A stretch of DNA of 64,000 bases, from contig MU053881.1 in NCBI GenBank assembly GCA_013239625.1, positions 7,091,957 to 7,155,956 on the forward strand, given 5' to 3'. A program made the translations under genes and the position numbers. Below the pieces are notes generated by a model. That model saw only the letters and a program-made list of their open reading frames with translations, was not told where the DNA came from and made no database searches. The first letter of the stretch is position 1; each line of letters starts with the position of its first letter. The DNA comes from Lama guanicoe (lineage: Eukaryota). Below, piece by piece: positions 14,331 through 29,465 of this stretch.

Positions 14331-16489
14331 TTCTTAATGGGGTTATTTGGGGTGAGTGGGCCAGGGGCAGCAGAGAGGTGGAGGTGGTGGTGGGACTAGA
14401 GTATTAAAAAGAATGATTAAAGCTTTTTTCTTAAATAGGTCTTTTCCATCTTTTAAAAGAATTCTGAAAAACAAACTCTGGACATAGGGAGTCCTTTTCC
14501 TCTGCTCTGTCTTGGCTGAAATCAATAGATCATCTCCCCCATCTTAGACAGAAGGGATCAGGAACCTCTGCAGAGAGGCAGGGGGAGGTGCTGGGTGGGC
14601 TGGAGATCTGACAATCTCAAGGGACACCCATTAGATTTCACATTTGGCTTAAAATGGAAGATGCACCTAAATGGAGAAGCTGGGGGAGGCGGGGGAGGAG
14701 AGAGGGGAGCTTGCCAAAATGCAGTGTGTGCTTTGTAGCAAAAGTGCTCTCTCTGCATCCAAGCATAAAAATAAATAAAGGCAAGTGCTGAGTGGAGGAG
14801 CCGTGGCTGTAAACCCATGGACAGCTTAGTGAGCAGCATAAAAATGCTTTACGTGCCAGGAGGAGTCACGTCCTCCGGCCAGGCTGGGCTGGGGCTTTCT
14901 TTCTCCTTAGCCTGACCAAGAAGATGGTGGTAAGTTGGGCCAGAGGACTGTTTGGCTCAGGTGAAGGTCTTTGCCAACTTCCCACCATAATGTGCCAAAA
15001 ATACTCTCCCCATGTGTTAAGAGATCACTAAGGGGCCAAGGAGGGGGACAGGCAGGGAGTCAGATCCCTGGTGTTTCCTCCAGGTTTGCCTGGGACCTCC
15101 AAGTCTCATACATTAGTTACTGAGCCACCTGCTGGCTCCTAGGCATGTTAAGGTATATGGTGATGGAACAGATGAAAAAATGAACAGGAGAGTCTCTGCT
15201 TTCATGAAACAGAAGTGGGTAAAGCACACATGTAAACAGACGTAACAGTTGGGTTTTGACGGATGTAGAGGAGTCCACCAGGTACTGACAGACGCACTTA
15301 TGGAGCAGAAAGACATTGTGTGTGTCTAGATCAATGCGCCTCCATGAGGGAAGATACAGGGAAAGGAAGTTAAAGGGATGCTGAAGAGTTTGGGCTTTCT
15401 TCTAGAAGCCACCGTAGCAGTGGCTTTCAGAGTGTGCTCTACCCATCTGCTCCCTCCTCTCTGCCCCCAGAGTACCTTAGCACCACCCTGTTCCCTCTCC
15501 CTTCCCCAAGATGACACAGCACCAAAGGGTCATGTGCCAAAAAAAAGATGATGACTGGTACGTCTGTTTTGCCAACTAGGTAGTAAGCCCCTTGACACCG
15601 AGGATTATGCCCTTTTTCCTCTCTGCTCAGCACAGGATGGATCGACCTGGACACTTTGCAGAGGACAAGGCTCAACACATCCTTTGGGGGCTTTCGCACA
15701 GTGACTGGCTTAATCAGCTGATGAGCCAAGAGGAAGCACTGACTCGATGCCCAGAAGGACAGGAGGTTCCGGGGACAGCAGACTCTCTGCCCTCAAGAGG
15801 CTTATAATTACAAATTATAAAAACAGTGTTCTGTAACTGCTCAGCTCCTGGGAATTTATAAGCCCATCCACAGACATTACCTCATTTTATCTTTCCAGGG
15901 AAGGTGGGGAGATCAGACTAAGACAGATGCAATGAACTGCAGTAACAGAACGGGCCAAAATTAAGTGCTAAATTATGTCTTGATGAACTGTAAGAGGCTT
16001 TGCCATTCAGAGGAGGGGCGGGCTGGAGGTAAGCCAGAGGACTCCAGACAAGCTCGGCAGAGGAAGTGGCCGGTCTACTGGCGCCTTGAAGGCAGAGCAG
16101 ATAATAATGATGACAGTTAAAGTTTAACAGGCTGTTCTTCTGTACCAGGTCCTATGCTGGGTGCTCTACACGCAGTGTTTTTCCCCTCACCTAATTTTCA
16201 CAATGCAACTAGGGAGTGTGTACTTTTAACATCTCACTATTATGGACGGGGAATTGGAGTCTCCGAAAGGCCAAGGGGATTGTAGGTTGTAGAGGAACAA
16301 GGTCTAAAGCCTAGAGCCTGAGCACTTAGCCACGCTGCCTCGACCCCTATGGGATGAACGGTAGCATTTGGGCTGATGCCTCCTGGAAGTCTATGAACAG
16401 CAGCAGCTGGTCTGCCTAATCTCTAGACCAAACCCAACAAAGCATCCTGTTCTTGCTGTTTAGAGATCAATGATGACACTTTGATGTCT

Positions 16490-17250
16490 TTCATACATTC
16501 AATTAATTCATTTACACAACATGTATCTATTGGCACCTGTATGTCAGGCTCCAGGCCAGTTCTGGGGACTCAGCAGTGGATAAGACAAGTCTGTGCTCAC
16601 AACCTTCTCAAGTTGGAGCCAGACAATGATCAAGTGAAAACAAGATGATCAAGGTGATGTCTGATAGTGACAAGTGCTTTGAAGAAGTAATACGGGTGAC
16701 TCAGGGCAGGGGTGCTGCTTTGTCTCGTGTGGTCTGGGAAGGCCTCCTTCAGGGCATGACGATCTTTGCTTGGGCAAAACCCTGAGCCATGAGAAGGAGC
16801 CAGCCAGGGGAAGATAAGGAGGAGAAATTTCTAAGCTGGGAAAAGTAAGTGCAAAGGTCCTGAGGTAGAAAAAGAACTTGGCATAGAACATGTGAGCATG
16901 AGCCTGGGCAGTGATGACATGAGAGAAGTAGTCAGGGGACAGCTGCTGTGGGGTCTCATGGGTCATGGGAAGGACTGTGCAGTTTGTTGTAAGTGGAGGG
17001 GACAGCCATCTGAGATGGCTAGAAGCAAGACAATGGCGTGACCCAATACAGGTTTATGATCACCTTGTTTCCTAAATGGAGGATGATCTGCTGTGGGGAT
17101 AGAGGATGCAGGGAGGTTGCTTAGGATTCACTGAGTGGCCAGATGAGCAATGTTGGTGCTTTGAACGGAGGTGGCAGGGGTGGGGATGGAGGGAAGTAAT
17201 CAGACTTGGGAGGGAGAGCTGAGCAGAGCAGAGGGACTGGGTGGAGAGTC
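16490..17250 (-). mobile_element. L2 LINE fragment
   Basis: cattcaattaattcattt...aagtgcaaaggtcctgaggtag...gatcaccttg. Confidence 0.7.
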
Positions 17251-17317
17251 TGGGAGGGAACGGTCCTTCCCGGTACCTAGGGTTCCCGCAAAGGGAGGAA
17301 GGGCAAGAACCAGTTAC

Positions 17318-17437
17318 CTTTCCTTTGTCAAAGTAGCCTATGATGATCTCATACAGTGTCTCCTTCAGCTGCCGGTGGGTCTGGGGGTGCTGCTGGCCTG
17401 TCTGCATGACCTGTGACGCGCACTGCTCGTCTGACCA
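17318..17437 (-). CDS. DOCK2: DOCK2 coding exon (~exon 38), 120 nt: WSDEQCASQVMQTGQQHPQTHRQLKETLYEIIIGYFDKGK
   Basis: Peptide in ORF 17072..17608; acceptor ccacag|TGG, donor AAG|gtaact. Confidence 0.97.
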
Positions 17438-17791
17438 CTGTGGAGAGAGGACACGTGTATAGTCACCTGGGGCAGGTGCCTCCCCCACTGCTGGGAGGAG
17501 GGAGGAATCCCTGCAAACACCCCCGCCGGCCTCCCCGCCGCCCTGGGTGTCAGTGGTCAGTGAGAGAGATGCTGGTCTGGAGTTTCCATTCGGGAAGCGC
17601 CCCCTCACGCTTATTTGACTTTCTCTATTGGCTCACAAGTGTGGTTTGTCGAGTTTTGCTCTGAAACCCTGCAGGCCATGGTCCCAGCTCTTCAAAAACC
17701 AAAGGAAATCCTTCAGACTTTGCCCTGCTCCGGCGGCACTTTCAAGAGAAGGAAAACAGCTCACGGGGCATGCTAATGATTTATAGCCGAT

Positions 17792-17833
17792 GTTTGGATG
17801 TTATATAAAACAGTTTGGATGTTATGTAAAACT
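17792..17833. repeat. 21-bp unit x2
   Basis: gtttggatgttatataaaaca / gtttggatgttatgtaaaact. Confidence 0.85.
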
Positions 17834-17980
17834 GCAAGACATATCTCAGGGGGTTGTTTTTGCTGCTAAATGTGAAGGTCACTTGAAACCTTATGTGACT
17901 AGACAACGCAGTGCAAAAAAGTAACCTGCTAGGTTAAAAGTTTGGGGACACAGAGCAAAACAAAATTTATTTGGCTAATT

Positions 17981-18012
17981 CTTTTCCTTTCCTTTCCTTT
18001 CCTTTCCTTTTT
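17981..18012. repeat. (CTTTC)n simple repeat
   Basis: cttttcctttcctttcctttcctttccttttt. Confidence 0.85.
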
Positions 18013-18069
18013 TAAACTCTTCAACTCGCTGGGAGGGCTCCATGGGGACGCCAGCATGAATCCCCTTCA

Positions 18070-18192
<123 letters not shown>

Positions 18193-21100
18193 CTAAATTA
18201 CCAGGTGCAATAAGGAGACAGATGGTAGGGCCACGTAGGAGCCAGAAAGAACAACCGAGTACCTCTTGGAGTCACGGGAGTCCTCCATCCCCCCACTATC
18301 CAGCCCCCTTGCATGGGTGACAGTGACAATACCCAGCATGTGTGGGGCATTTTAGTGTGTGACAGGAATCATGCCAAGTATTTTAAATGCCTCCTGACAA
18401 TCATGTAAAATGGGTTCATTGAGTATTACCATTTACAGATGAGAAAACTCTGGCCTGGAGAAGTTAGGTACCATTCCAGCCAGTATTCAACTTGATGCTG
18501 AAGACTCTGACCAATGCAATATGACAAGTCAGGGAAATCAAGGAAGGAGAAATAAATAGCTTGTCAGAGCACGTGCTAAAGAATGGGAGAAATGGAATGT
18601 GATTGCAGTCTAACCGCCTTCAGAGCCGATATGCCGATCACTGCATGACTCCCAGGGCGTGGACAAGCCACAGCTCTGTAAAGGGCAGCTCCCAGCCTCT
18701 CTTCAGTGCTCTCTAGTGTAAAGGAAGTGCATTTTCTGATAAGAAAGGAAGTGGTCCTGGGTCGAGAGATTGGATATTCATGTGGAGGCCTGGAGCTGTC
18801 AGCAGGGAGAATCTACTATTCAACCATAATCGCATTCCTACCTCCCAACCTTTTGTAATGTGGCGATCCCGTTCTGCACCCTGGGATGGCTCTGCAGTTG
18901 GGGGATGTTAAGGACAGGACAGGAACAAAGGAAGGGAGCTGTGGTTAATTATTTGACACATAGTAAGTGTTAAGGGGCAGTGAGGTAACTTCTCTGTGCC
19001 TTCGTTTGCTATTCTGTAAAATGGTAGTGCTCACAGAATGCACCCATAGAGTTGCTGGGCATATAAAGGGCCACGCAGACCATGTGTAAAGGGCTCAGTC
19101 AGGGACAGACAGCGTTGCTGCTCATACACGCCAGTAGCCACTGAAATCGATCAGCCCGCAGCCTGCAGCCCGCACTGAGCCGTGACAGCTACTATCTCTT
19201 GTCATTATAGACCAGGTTCTGCTACAAAACAGTCCCTCCTGCCACTGTTGGAGACGGAATCCAGAGCCAAAGAACCACTGCTTGGGTGACTTGCAAGTCA
19301 CCGGGAGCATTTATTCAAACCCAGCTCTTAGTAATTTGGCGAAGGGAAGATGCTGTGATGCGATGCCCTTGCTCCCTCCTCCGAGAGGAAAGGCGCTGTC
19401 TGTAATCGTGCCAGGATTCCGCCTTTGTTGTCTAACTGCAGGGAACAAAGGGCTTCTCAAACATCTGCACTCAAAACAGGTCTCAGTGCTCAGGCTTCAA
19501 TTCCTGCTGGAAGAAAGCTTTCGGCATAGAATGCCACCCAAGGAGGAGCTAGTGTTTCATGTCCCCAGCCACATTAAACATGGTCAGTGGCCCAAACGGA
19601 GGCTGCCTGAACTCGGAGTAGGGACTGCCAAAGATTTGGGGGTGGGGTGGGGAGAAAGGTCAATAAGTGATGATTTTTGATCACTAATGAGCTAGTGACA
19701 TTTTGCTCATTGATTTATTCAATCGGCAAAGCTGTGCTGAGCACACAGGCCATACCAGGCATCAGAGATAAAGGCTGGCAAAAGCAGGTGCCATTCTCAG
19801 AGTTTGGGATTTACAGTCTAGGGAAAGGGACAGGCACCACTCAAATAAGTGATGGCAAAAACACAGCTGTGATCAATGTTGTGAAGGAGAGGTCTATGTT
19901 AGTATGAGAGCAGGATTCATGCAGGTGGGGCTTTCAGAAAGGTCTCCAGGGTGTGATAGTTGGGCTGGGATCTCTAGGTTAAGAAGATGAGTGGGGTGGC
20001 ATCCCAGACAGAAAGAGTCTTCATTCATTCGTTCAACCAATGAGTGCTTTATAGATTATATCAATTCATCCTCCCAACAATTCTTTTGTAAAAACTGAGA
20101 CTTATGTTAAAGTAGATGCAGCTCGAAATAGGCAGAACAGGGTTCTGGCACCGGCTATGTCTGCCTGTTCAGTCCCTCTTCCCCCTTTAACTTTCTGCTA
20201 ATCAAAAGAGCTATGAGTGAAATTGCACATGGGCTGCCCGTAGGGAGTGTTGAGTCTGTGGCTGACCTTGAGAAACTCCCGTGTACATGGCCAAATCCCA
20301 TCTTATCTCTACCTGCCAGTTCTTGGTCTCTTAGATCCCTGACGATTGGGTCCAAAAAACTCTAGAAGAGAGCAGTAGGAAGGACAGCATCCCTGCTGCT
20401 TTCAACTCCTTACTTGGCCAAGGCACCCTGTCCTATCCTTTGTCAACGCAAGGGTTTGCTGCTCAACTACAGAGCTCAATGGAAGACACGCTGATGGGCT
20501 GGACTAGGGATTTAAATGCAAACAGATCCTGGAGAGGGGCAGTCTGAGTGAGGCAGACGGGATGAAGTTCAGTGGGGAATGGAGACAATGTCGTGACCAC
20601 ATCACTCCTGTCCCGTCTCAAGAGGTGGCCACCACCCAGTGTAAGCCATGGCCGTCAGGACAGGATGAGGGCCCAGCATTGCCATCCCTCCTTAGTTTTT
20701 CAGAAGAGGGAAATTCTGATTTTTATGTAACTTCTCTAGATTTTTAAAATTTGGCAGCCAATTAAAAATGTTTTTAAATACTATGCCTGCCAAACAGGAC
20801 AGACTGTCAGACTACATCCTGCTTACAATGTCTGGTTTAGGCAAATGTGGTTTTCCTAGATTACTATAGGATTCAAATCTCCAAAGCTTATGGAAATCTG
20901 GGATTCGCCGTCTGTGTTTCTAAACTAGGAAGAACAGAAAAGAGGTTGGGGGAGGGAACCAGGTGCCAGGCACTTCACCTATAGCATCTCATTTAACCCT
21001 CAGAACAGAATGGAAACGTTCTCCAGGTGGAAACCTCAGCCTGGAGAGACTGAGTCATTTATCCAGGGTCATAACAAAAGGAGGTAAAGCCCCCAGGCCC

Positions 21101-21399
21101 TTTGTACACAAAGCTCTGTGTTACTACAGTAAGTCACATCTAGTGATGTTATTAATACTATCCAGCCTCAGGACAACCTATAGAATTGTCTTTTTTTTTT
21201 TTTTATCCCCAAATGATAGTTCCTATTCCTGGAATAATGCTAGCATATCTAAAAATATCTGCAGTAATAGCAGACTGAGTTTGGACTTGGAGTCTCCAGC
21301 CTTTGACTGAATGTGTCAAAAGCCTTGAAAGAGCCATGGTTGTTAACCTTATGATCGATGTCACTTTGCGGGCTTCTGTCTCCTAAGAAGACGCATAAA

Positions 21400-21790
21400 G
21401 ATACGTGTCCAATAATTTTGTCATTGTGCTGTTTATGGTAGCAGAAAGTTGGAAACGACCTAAATGTTCAATAACATAGGATGATTGGCTATATAAATTA
21501 TGGTATATTCTGGAAAGGAAATTCTATAGTTTCATTAAAAATTATGCTGAAATACATCTGTTGACATGGAATTCTTGACAAGCAAAGAATAAATTATGAG
21601 CAACATGATCCCATTTTTGCAAAAAATATGCATGCATAGGATCTGACCTATATATAAATATAAAAAGGTCTGGGAATATGTATAGATTATAGAAGTTTAT
21701 TTTATTTTTTTGTTTTGCTTGTCTGTATTTTATGAGGATTTTTTGGTAATAAGTATGTATTATTTTCGTAATGAGTAAAAATAACAATAA
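21400..21790 (+). mobile_element. Old L1M (L1MC/ME-like) 3' fragment
   Basis: ggaaacgacctaaatgttcaataac...ataaattatggtatattc; AT-rich. Confidence 0.65.
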
Positions 21791-22290
21791 AAAAAAACTT
21801 TGGAGTTAAAAATGAGATTCTGAGAAACACTGGCAAGGGAGTCCTTTGCTCCAGGCAAATGTTCCCCCCAAAATCCTTCAAATAAATATCTTTTAAATGT
21901 CTACAAAGAAGCGGGCATCATACATCTCCGTATGTTTTTCTCTTCTACATGCCTTCCAAACCCTGGGCCAGGGTTTCACATGCCAGCCCTGTGACAAACG
22001 CAAGTGCCACTCGCCAGCTCAGTCCACAAGATGGGTTAGGGAACATGTGATCTGTGGACACAGCAAAACCGCATGGCAGGCCAGAGAACTCTAAATGGAT
22101 TTAGGGGTGCTGGCTGCAGGAGAATGGAAGGAGTTGAATCTGGGGAGATTGATAGGAATCAGAACACAGGGCGCCTGAGTATCAACGAGATAGGCTTAGA
22201 TTCTATCCTGAAGGCAGTGGGGAGCCATCAATGGATATTGAGCAGGAGAGTGGCACAGTGGGTCTGGGTTTTAGAAAACAAAAATCTTAC

Positions 22291-22331
22291 CTTATGTACA
22301 TCTCTTCCCTGTTGTTATCTTTGTAGAAATT
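22291..22331 (-). CDS. DOCK2: DOCK2 coding exon (~exon 36), 41 nt: NFYKDNNREEMYI(R)
   Basis: Manual translation; T-rich tract then atctag|AAT, donor AG|gtaaga. Confidence 0.95.
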
Positions 22332-24031
22332 CTAGATAAAGGGGAAAAAAAAAACCAGTGATGAATGTCTTTCTTTGCAGAGCAGCAGGGGTGGAGGGCA
22401 CAGTGATGAAGATGAGAGGAAATTGCCATTTACCATCTGGGCACCCTGAGATCGGAGCAAGAAGTTTACTTCCCTGAATGCATCAAACAGGAGATTATTA
22501 GGAGATTCTGCCTTGAAAGTCACTTCCCTGAGCCTTAGACTAGAAAGAGACAGAGGAAGTATGTCAGCCATCAAATGTGTGTGTGGGGCAACTGTTTGCT
22601 GCACTGAGAGGTGGGCTGCCAAGATTGAGGCAGTTTACTTTGACAACGTCTACTATGAAAGGCAGCCCAGCTCGATCTCTGAAAGCTCAGAGTCTGTACT
22701 CAGGCAGCCCTGAGCTGGAACCAGAGTAATAGCAGTGGTAATCACAATAGGTCCCCAGTGATGGGAACAGATCATAACTTCTGACAGTGCAGAACCATCA
22801 GGAGTTATTCTGAGATTCCACAGTCAAAAACATTTAAACTTGGTGGGCGCTAGCTACCTATTCTAGCTCAGGGGTCATTTAGACCAGTAGTTTTTCTGGA
22901 ATCCCACGCATTTTTAAATACGTCCTTACAGGTTCTGAGCCAGGAAGGCATGATCTGATCCGTGAGCTACACTTTGAGGAAAGCCTGGTTTAGTTCAATG
23001 CACCCATGTGCACCTGCGGCTCCGAGAGGGCGAGGTGATTGATGTGTTCCCGGTGTTCCAGGGCACAGTGGGCGGGTGGCAGAGCCCTCCTAGACCTCCA
23101 GGCACCCCCATTCCATCCCGTTCTTCTCCCTGACTCGGCGTTTAAGCCACACAGAAAGGTCCAGCAGGGCCTCACTGCTTACAGACCTGCCTGTCCCAGC
23201 CTTCTCCCAGGTCAGATTCTGACAGCTGAAGGTCAATTTCTTCAACCAACTTCTATCTCTCCAGAGAGAGAAGGTGCTATACTCCTGGGAAAACCCCTGT
23301 TCGTGCTCTTTATGTAAATTGGGCCTGGTGGAGTCATTTAGCCATGAATTCCTTGCTGCTGTAATCAGTTTTAACCTCCCCTTAGCGTTTCAGAAAATCA
23401 ATGGCAGTACGGAGGCTGTTTAAAAAGAGTCCACTTAGAGGAAACAGAAGACACACAACAGAGCCGTGGGGACAGGATTTGTGTTTCTGGAGCACTGGGG
23501 ATGGCAGGGGGTTGACAGGATAGAAGCCACATGGCATTTTGGCTGGCTTTATTCACTTAGACCACTTCAGAGTGGGCTGGCAGGGGGGTAAGAAGCCCTG
23601 TGGCTGCTACTAGCTGTGTCATGACCACATCGCAGGACATCTGAAGGGAGACTGTTTGGGAGCTGGTCCATGGCAGGTCACGCGATACAGGGGTTAAGAG
23701 TCTGGGTCTGGAATTAGCTGCACTGCTTAGCCTGTCGCATAGTACTTTTCTACAGATCCTAGTCATCAGTACCCCTTCCTTCTCTAAGAGAAGAAAACTA
23801 ACACACGGTGAGCATTTAACCGTGGGTCAGGACTGCACAACCGATGAAATAGGTACCATTATCTTCCCCATGGAACAGTTACGCCAACTAAACCTTCAAA
23901 AACTTCCTCGACCTGTGTATTCTATTAATTATCCGAGGGAGGATGAGAACCCAAGGGCTGTGTGCCTCCAAAGCTCATGCTCTTTATACTGCCACCTTCC
24001 TTTTATGTGATATGCTAAGTGCTAAAGGAAA

Positions 24032-24402
24032 CACTGCCATCCCTTGGTATTTGTAGGGCATTGGTTCCAGGATCCCCACGGATACCAAGATCTGAGGATG
24101 CTCAAGTCCCTTATGTAAAATGGCGTAGTATTTGCATATGACCTAAGCATATCCATATACTTTAAGTCATCTCTAGATTGCTTATAATTACTAATACAAT
24201 GAGTAAATACTATGTACATCGTTGTAAATAGGACTATGGAAATCCTCGTAAGTACAATGTAAATGATACATAAATAGTGGCCAGCACACCGCAAATTCAA
24301 GTTTTGCTTTTCGGGGCTTTGTGGATTTTTTTTTCCTGAATATTTTCCATCGGCAATTGGTTGGATCAGCGAATGCCGAACTCTTGGATGGGGAGAGCCG
24401 CC
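24032..24402. mobile_element. MER2 TcMar-Tigger element
   Basis: ttggttccaggatccccacggatacc...gatgctcaagtcccttatgtaaaatggcgtagtatttgcatat. Confidence 0.85.
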
Positions 24403-24508
24403 TACGCTCATTTCCATTTCACACAGAAGGAAACTGAGGCATGGAAACGTAAAACTAGACTGGCTTCAAGACAGAGCTAGCAGAGGGCAGGGCAGGGATT
24501 CAACCTCA

Positions 24509-24970
<462 letters not shown>

Positions 24971-25049
24971 CTATGCGCCTGTTTGCCCATACAGTGCAGA
25001 ATGTATTTACATTTTTTTCCTCACCATCAAAATGAGAAAAAAATAAAAA

Positions 25050-25430
25050 TACATTCCTAGTGTGGGCAATGGTGTGGAGACACGGTCACTTTTACATACC
25101 TATGTTGGGACTAAATCAGTACAGCTTTTTTGGGTAGCAATTTTCACAGTATCTGTCAAGCTGACGTACGTATCCTTTGATCCAATAATTCTATCTTGGG
25201 GAATCTATTCTACAGAAATAATTCCAGAAGTATGCAAGGATGTATTTATAATACTTACAAATTATGTCTAACAATTAAATAGTTGGAATCATCTTAAATA
25301 TCCAATTAAAGCATATTCACACAATGTGATTCTACAAAATCATTAAAAAGTATGAGAGACCAGTATGTTTTGACACGAAAAGCTCTGTAAAATATATAGT
25401 TGAGAAAAGTGAGTCTCAGAACAATATTTG
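25050..25430 (+). mobile_element. Old L1M fragment
   Basis: gtgtgggcaatggtgtggagacacggtcac...ctttgatccaataattctatcttggggaatctattc. Confidence 0.7.
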
Positions 25431-26729
25431 GGTTTTATTTAACCAACTCACATAAAACCTACCATATCCCAGGCATTATTCTAAATGTCTTATAAATTTT
25501 AACTCACTTAATCTCCCGTCACAGTCTTATGAAATGGGGTGTTTGCAGATGGGGAAATGAATGCACAGAGAGGTCAACTAACTTGTCCAAGGTCATACAG
25601 TTGGTAAATACCAACAGTCTGGCTCCAGCATCTGCTCTCAACCACCAAATGCTATACGTGAGTGGAAGTGCATGTCTACTTTATGTGTGTCTGTGTGTTT
25701 ATAAATGTGACAGACATGGTCCAGAAGGATAAACACAAAACTATAAATAGATGTTGCTTATGACAAAAGGTCTAGGAAGAGGAATAGAGGAAGACAGTGT
25801 TCATTTTCAACTTAAATGTGCGAATAGGATTTGAACAATTTACAACATGTACTGCAACATTAACAGTCTAAATTTTTTTAAATGGTGACATTCCTTAAGT
25901 ACCCATTACTATGCATTGTGCAGGGTGGGGATAGGGAGAAAGATATAAAAGTTAAAAAGAAATATGAGAAGAATCATGCCTACCCTCAAGCAGCCCACAG
26001 GCTAGGTAGGGACAGACAGATGGATTAAACTTTTGATGAATGACTACTTCTTATTAATCACTTATTCTACACCAGAATGTACTGATCACTCTTTCTCAGG
26101 AAATGATCACAGTAATTCTGCTAGATAAAAATTACTCCTCTCATTTTACAGATGAGGAAATCAAGGTTTAGAGAGGTTGAATATCCTTCCCAAGATGACT
26201 GCAGTAGTGAGTGGTGACCTTGGGAATCAAGACAATCACTGTTCAATATTTCCCGCAGAGAAACACTGTGATGTGTTCTCAGGCATCTGGAGCAGACAAA
26301 CATTTCCCAGGCTGTTTGCTTCTGCCTACACTTCCTGTAGCAGTTTAAGTCCCAAGAGCTCCTAGGAGGGAGAAGGGGAGGAAGGCAAGGACTCTGGAGG
26401 GTCATTTTGCCCAGAAACCAAACCAGGCTGCAAGGAGGCGACATCTCAAACTGTGGCTGTGATCAGACAAATCCATCTTTGCCGTGGGAGAAGCACCTGT
26501 TCCCTGGTCTCAAGGAGAGATGCAAATTGCCCTGTGATTTAGGCTTGTCTGGCTCAGTCACAGCTGTGCCTAACTCCTTCTGGGATGGTCACTTCCAGCC
26601 CTGCTTTCCATCCTAATGACAATGCAAGGAAACTTTGTCCCACTGTTTGGGGTGTGATTTCTCCCAGCCTCCCAGGTAGAAGGCATCTCAGGGTCTGAGC
26701 ATGGCCAGACCAGTGCTTCTCTGCCTTCT

Positions 26730-27060
26730 CTGCCCTGGCCACATGCTAGAATTACAAGGGGAGCTTTTTTTTTTTTTTTTCAAACCAAAGCTCAATGTCC
26801 ACCCTTTGTATCTTTGGGGATGGGAGCCAGGCAGCAGTATTTCATTTTTTAAGTTTTCTAGGTGGTTCCAGTGTGCAGCCAACATTAAGAACCACTGGTT
26901 TTGTCCACTGCTTTGCAGACTTCATTGTGCATGGAAATCACCGGGGGATTGTAGTCATTGATTGTGATTCAGCAGGTTTGGGCTAAGGCTTGAGATTCTG
27001 CATTTTTAACAAGCTCGCAGGTGATATTATGCTGTTGGTCCTCTGAGAAGCAAGGGCTTA
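26730..27060. mobile_element. Two adjacent MER5-like MITEs
   Basis: gtgtgcagccaacattaagaaccactg; tgattcagcaggtttgggctaaggcttgagattctgcatttttaacaagctc. Confidence 0.7.
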
Positions 27061-29465
27061 GAAACACCAAGTCTTGGCTTTCTTTATCTCTTTATTCTTT
27101 AGCCATGAGGTAAGAAAGCTGCTCACATGGTCTAGGATTGGCAAGACGGATGGGCAGATTGGTTTGAAATCACCCATCCATCCACCTTCCACCATCATCC
27201 ATCGATCCATGCACTCAACATGTGCTGTTCTGGGAACCAGGGATTCAGAGATCTCAGAAACAGAGATTCACTGACCTCCAGTCCACAGTCTAGCGGTGGA
27301 AACAGATATAAAAATAAATACTAACCATAACATGTGATACTACCACTTACTGAGCACTTCCTGCGTTCCAGATGTGCTAAGCCGGTTTTATTGATTACCT
27401 TGTTTAATACTCGCATAGTCTCCTTGAGGTAGGCATCATTATCGCCCTCAATTTGTAGACTAGGCTCGAAGCCTGTGGGGGTGGGTTCTCATCTCAGCCC
27501 TGCCAAGGTCACAAAGCGGTTTCCCCTCCTTTGAGTCCAACAATGGAGTGTTAAGTGACAATGAAAAAGAGCTGTGAGACGCGAAGTGGTGTCATAATCC
27601 CTCATGTGGTGGAAGGATGGGTGGCAGAGCCCTCGCCACTCCGCATCTATGCTCCTGTCTTGGGGGTGCTGGAGGGAGCTCCCACCTCCCCGAATTGATC
27701 TTCATTCAGCATGAGAGGGCTTCAGAGGGGGGAGCCCAGGCCCACACCCTCTGTCAGTGCTGATGGAACTGGACTTTCATTTATTCCTTTAAAAACTATG
27801 CATGGTGAGCTTCTTATGACAGGTCCTCTTCAAGGCACTGAGCTGGATCTAGGCCCCAGAACACACATTCTCTGTCCATTTCAGGCTTTCACTTCTAGAG
27901 ACATTCCTGGGCAGATGGAATACAGGAGGGTAGAAAGTGTCTCATTACTCCACTCAGTGTGGGGCCCTCACTTTTAAGACAGATATGGACAAATGGAAGT
28001 GGGCTCCAAGGAGAGCTCTAAGGATAAGGGAGGAGTGGGACGCTGTGTTAGGTTGTGCACCGCACAAGAGCACATGACTACTGGAATTCAGCACCACTCC
28101 ATGCCCTAACCCTTGTGCCTTGATGCAAGGCTTCAACTGCCACCGGATGGGAAGACTGCTCTATTCACAAAGGCACCATCCAATTATCAAGCCACATGCC
28201 CACAGAACTGTGCCCAGAGAGGGCCCTGTGTATCAGTGGAGACCCTGAATGAGGGGCTGGGACGAAGGGCTAGAGGAACTGAGGTTGACTAATCTAGTCT
28301 GGAAGAGAAATGACAGGTAGGCTCATGGCTTCCAACAACCATATCAGAATCCACCTGATCAATGATAATAGTAGCTACTCTTTCCAGACTACCTACGAGG
28401 TGTCACCAACTGTGCTGAGCACTTTTCATGCCTTTTCCTGTTTATGCTCAATAAAAACTCTTAAGAGCTGGACCGCATTTTTATCCCCAATTTGCAGATA
28501 AGGAAACTGAGGTTCCAAAAGTCAAAAGGAAGGAGCAGGGGCTTGGCCCCTGGATGTTCTGATGGGGTCCTGACTCTTAGGGTTCGGCTTGATTAGCTTT
28601 GCAAAAACCATTCACACCTCTATTTCAGGAGAAAAATAATGAGCTGTTTTTCATTTCCTCGACCTCTAAGGACTCCTTTTTATAAATAATCATTCAGGAA
28701 GGATTTGAAAAGCCTGCTGATCGTCTGAAGACTGGCCGCAGAGCCCCATCCGCTTATAAAAATGGAAATTGCCAGCACCTTCCCTGGTTTCGCTTCTGGT
28801 CAATATTTAGACGTTCCTTTCTTGAGCTTTAAGAAAAACATTAACTCAGGCAAAATGCCGCCATCCCTCTGGATAATCAGTCTCAATACCCACCGTAGGA
28901 GCAGACAGTGGGTTCTCCTCTGGCTGAGTGGCGTTTGCTCACTAAGTGTCTAGTGAGGGCTGTGCACAGTGGACAGGAGGGGGCGAGGCCAGCAGGGATG
29001 GTGCTGCCCGACGCTCAACTCTGCCCGCTGGGCAGGGCACGGAGGGTCACTGTGAGGGTTAGAACAGGACCCTCAGTCTGCCTTTGTTGTTAAAGTTAAA
29101 ATATTCAGAGGATTGGGGAAAGAATCCAAGATCAGATTTATATTACAGAATCAAACAAATCAGAGAATCTACGATTAGGAGTGAATTTGGGATGTCTGAG
29201 CCACATTCCTGAACCTCAGGAGAAGTCCTCGCCCTTCTCGTGGTGTCGGAGATGGAAACTGGGAGTGGGGCAAGGGATCAGAGAACATTTATTGAGATTC
29301 TACTGGCTGTGTGCACATGCTTTATAGTTATTCATGCTTCAGTATAACCACAGGCGGCTTACTATCCCCATTTTACAGATGGGGACACTGAGGCCAATGG
29401 TGTTGCATGATTGGCTTAACATTGTGCAGCTGCTAAGTGGTGGAACCAGGATGAAAATCCAATGT

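Noticed and set aside
21281..21294. ttggacttggagtc, resembling mature miR-378
   Set aside because: Ordinary MIR 5' sequence on the non-transcribed strand, with no convincing precursor hairpin
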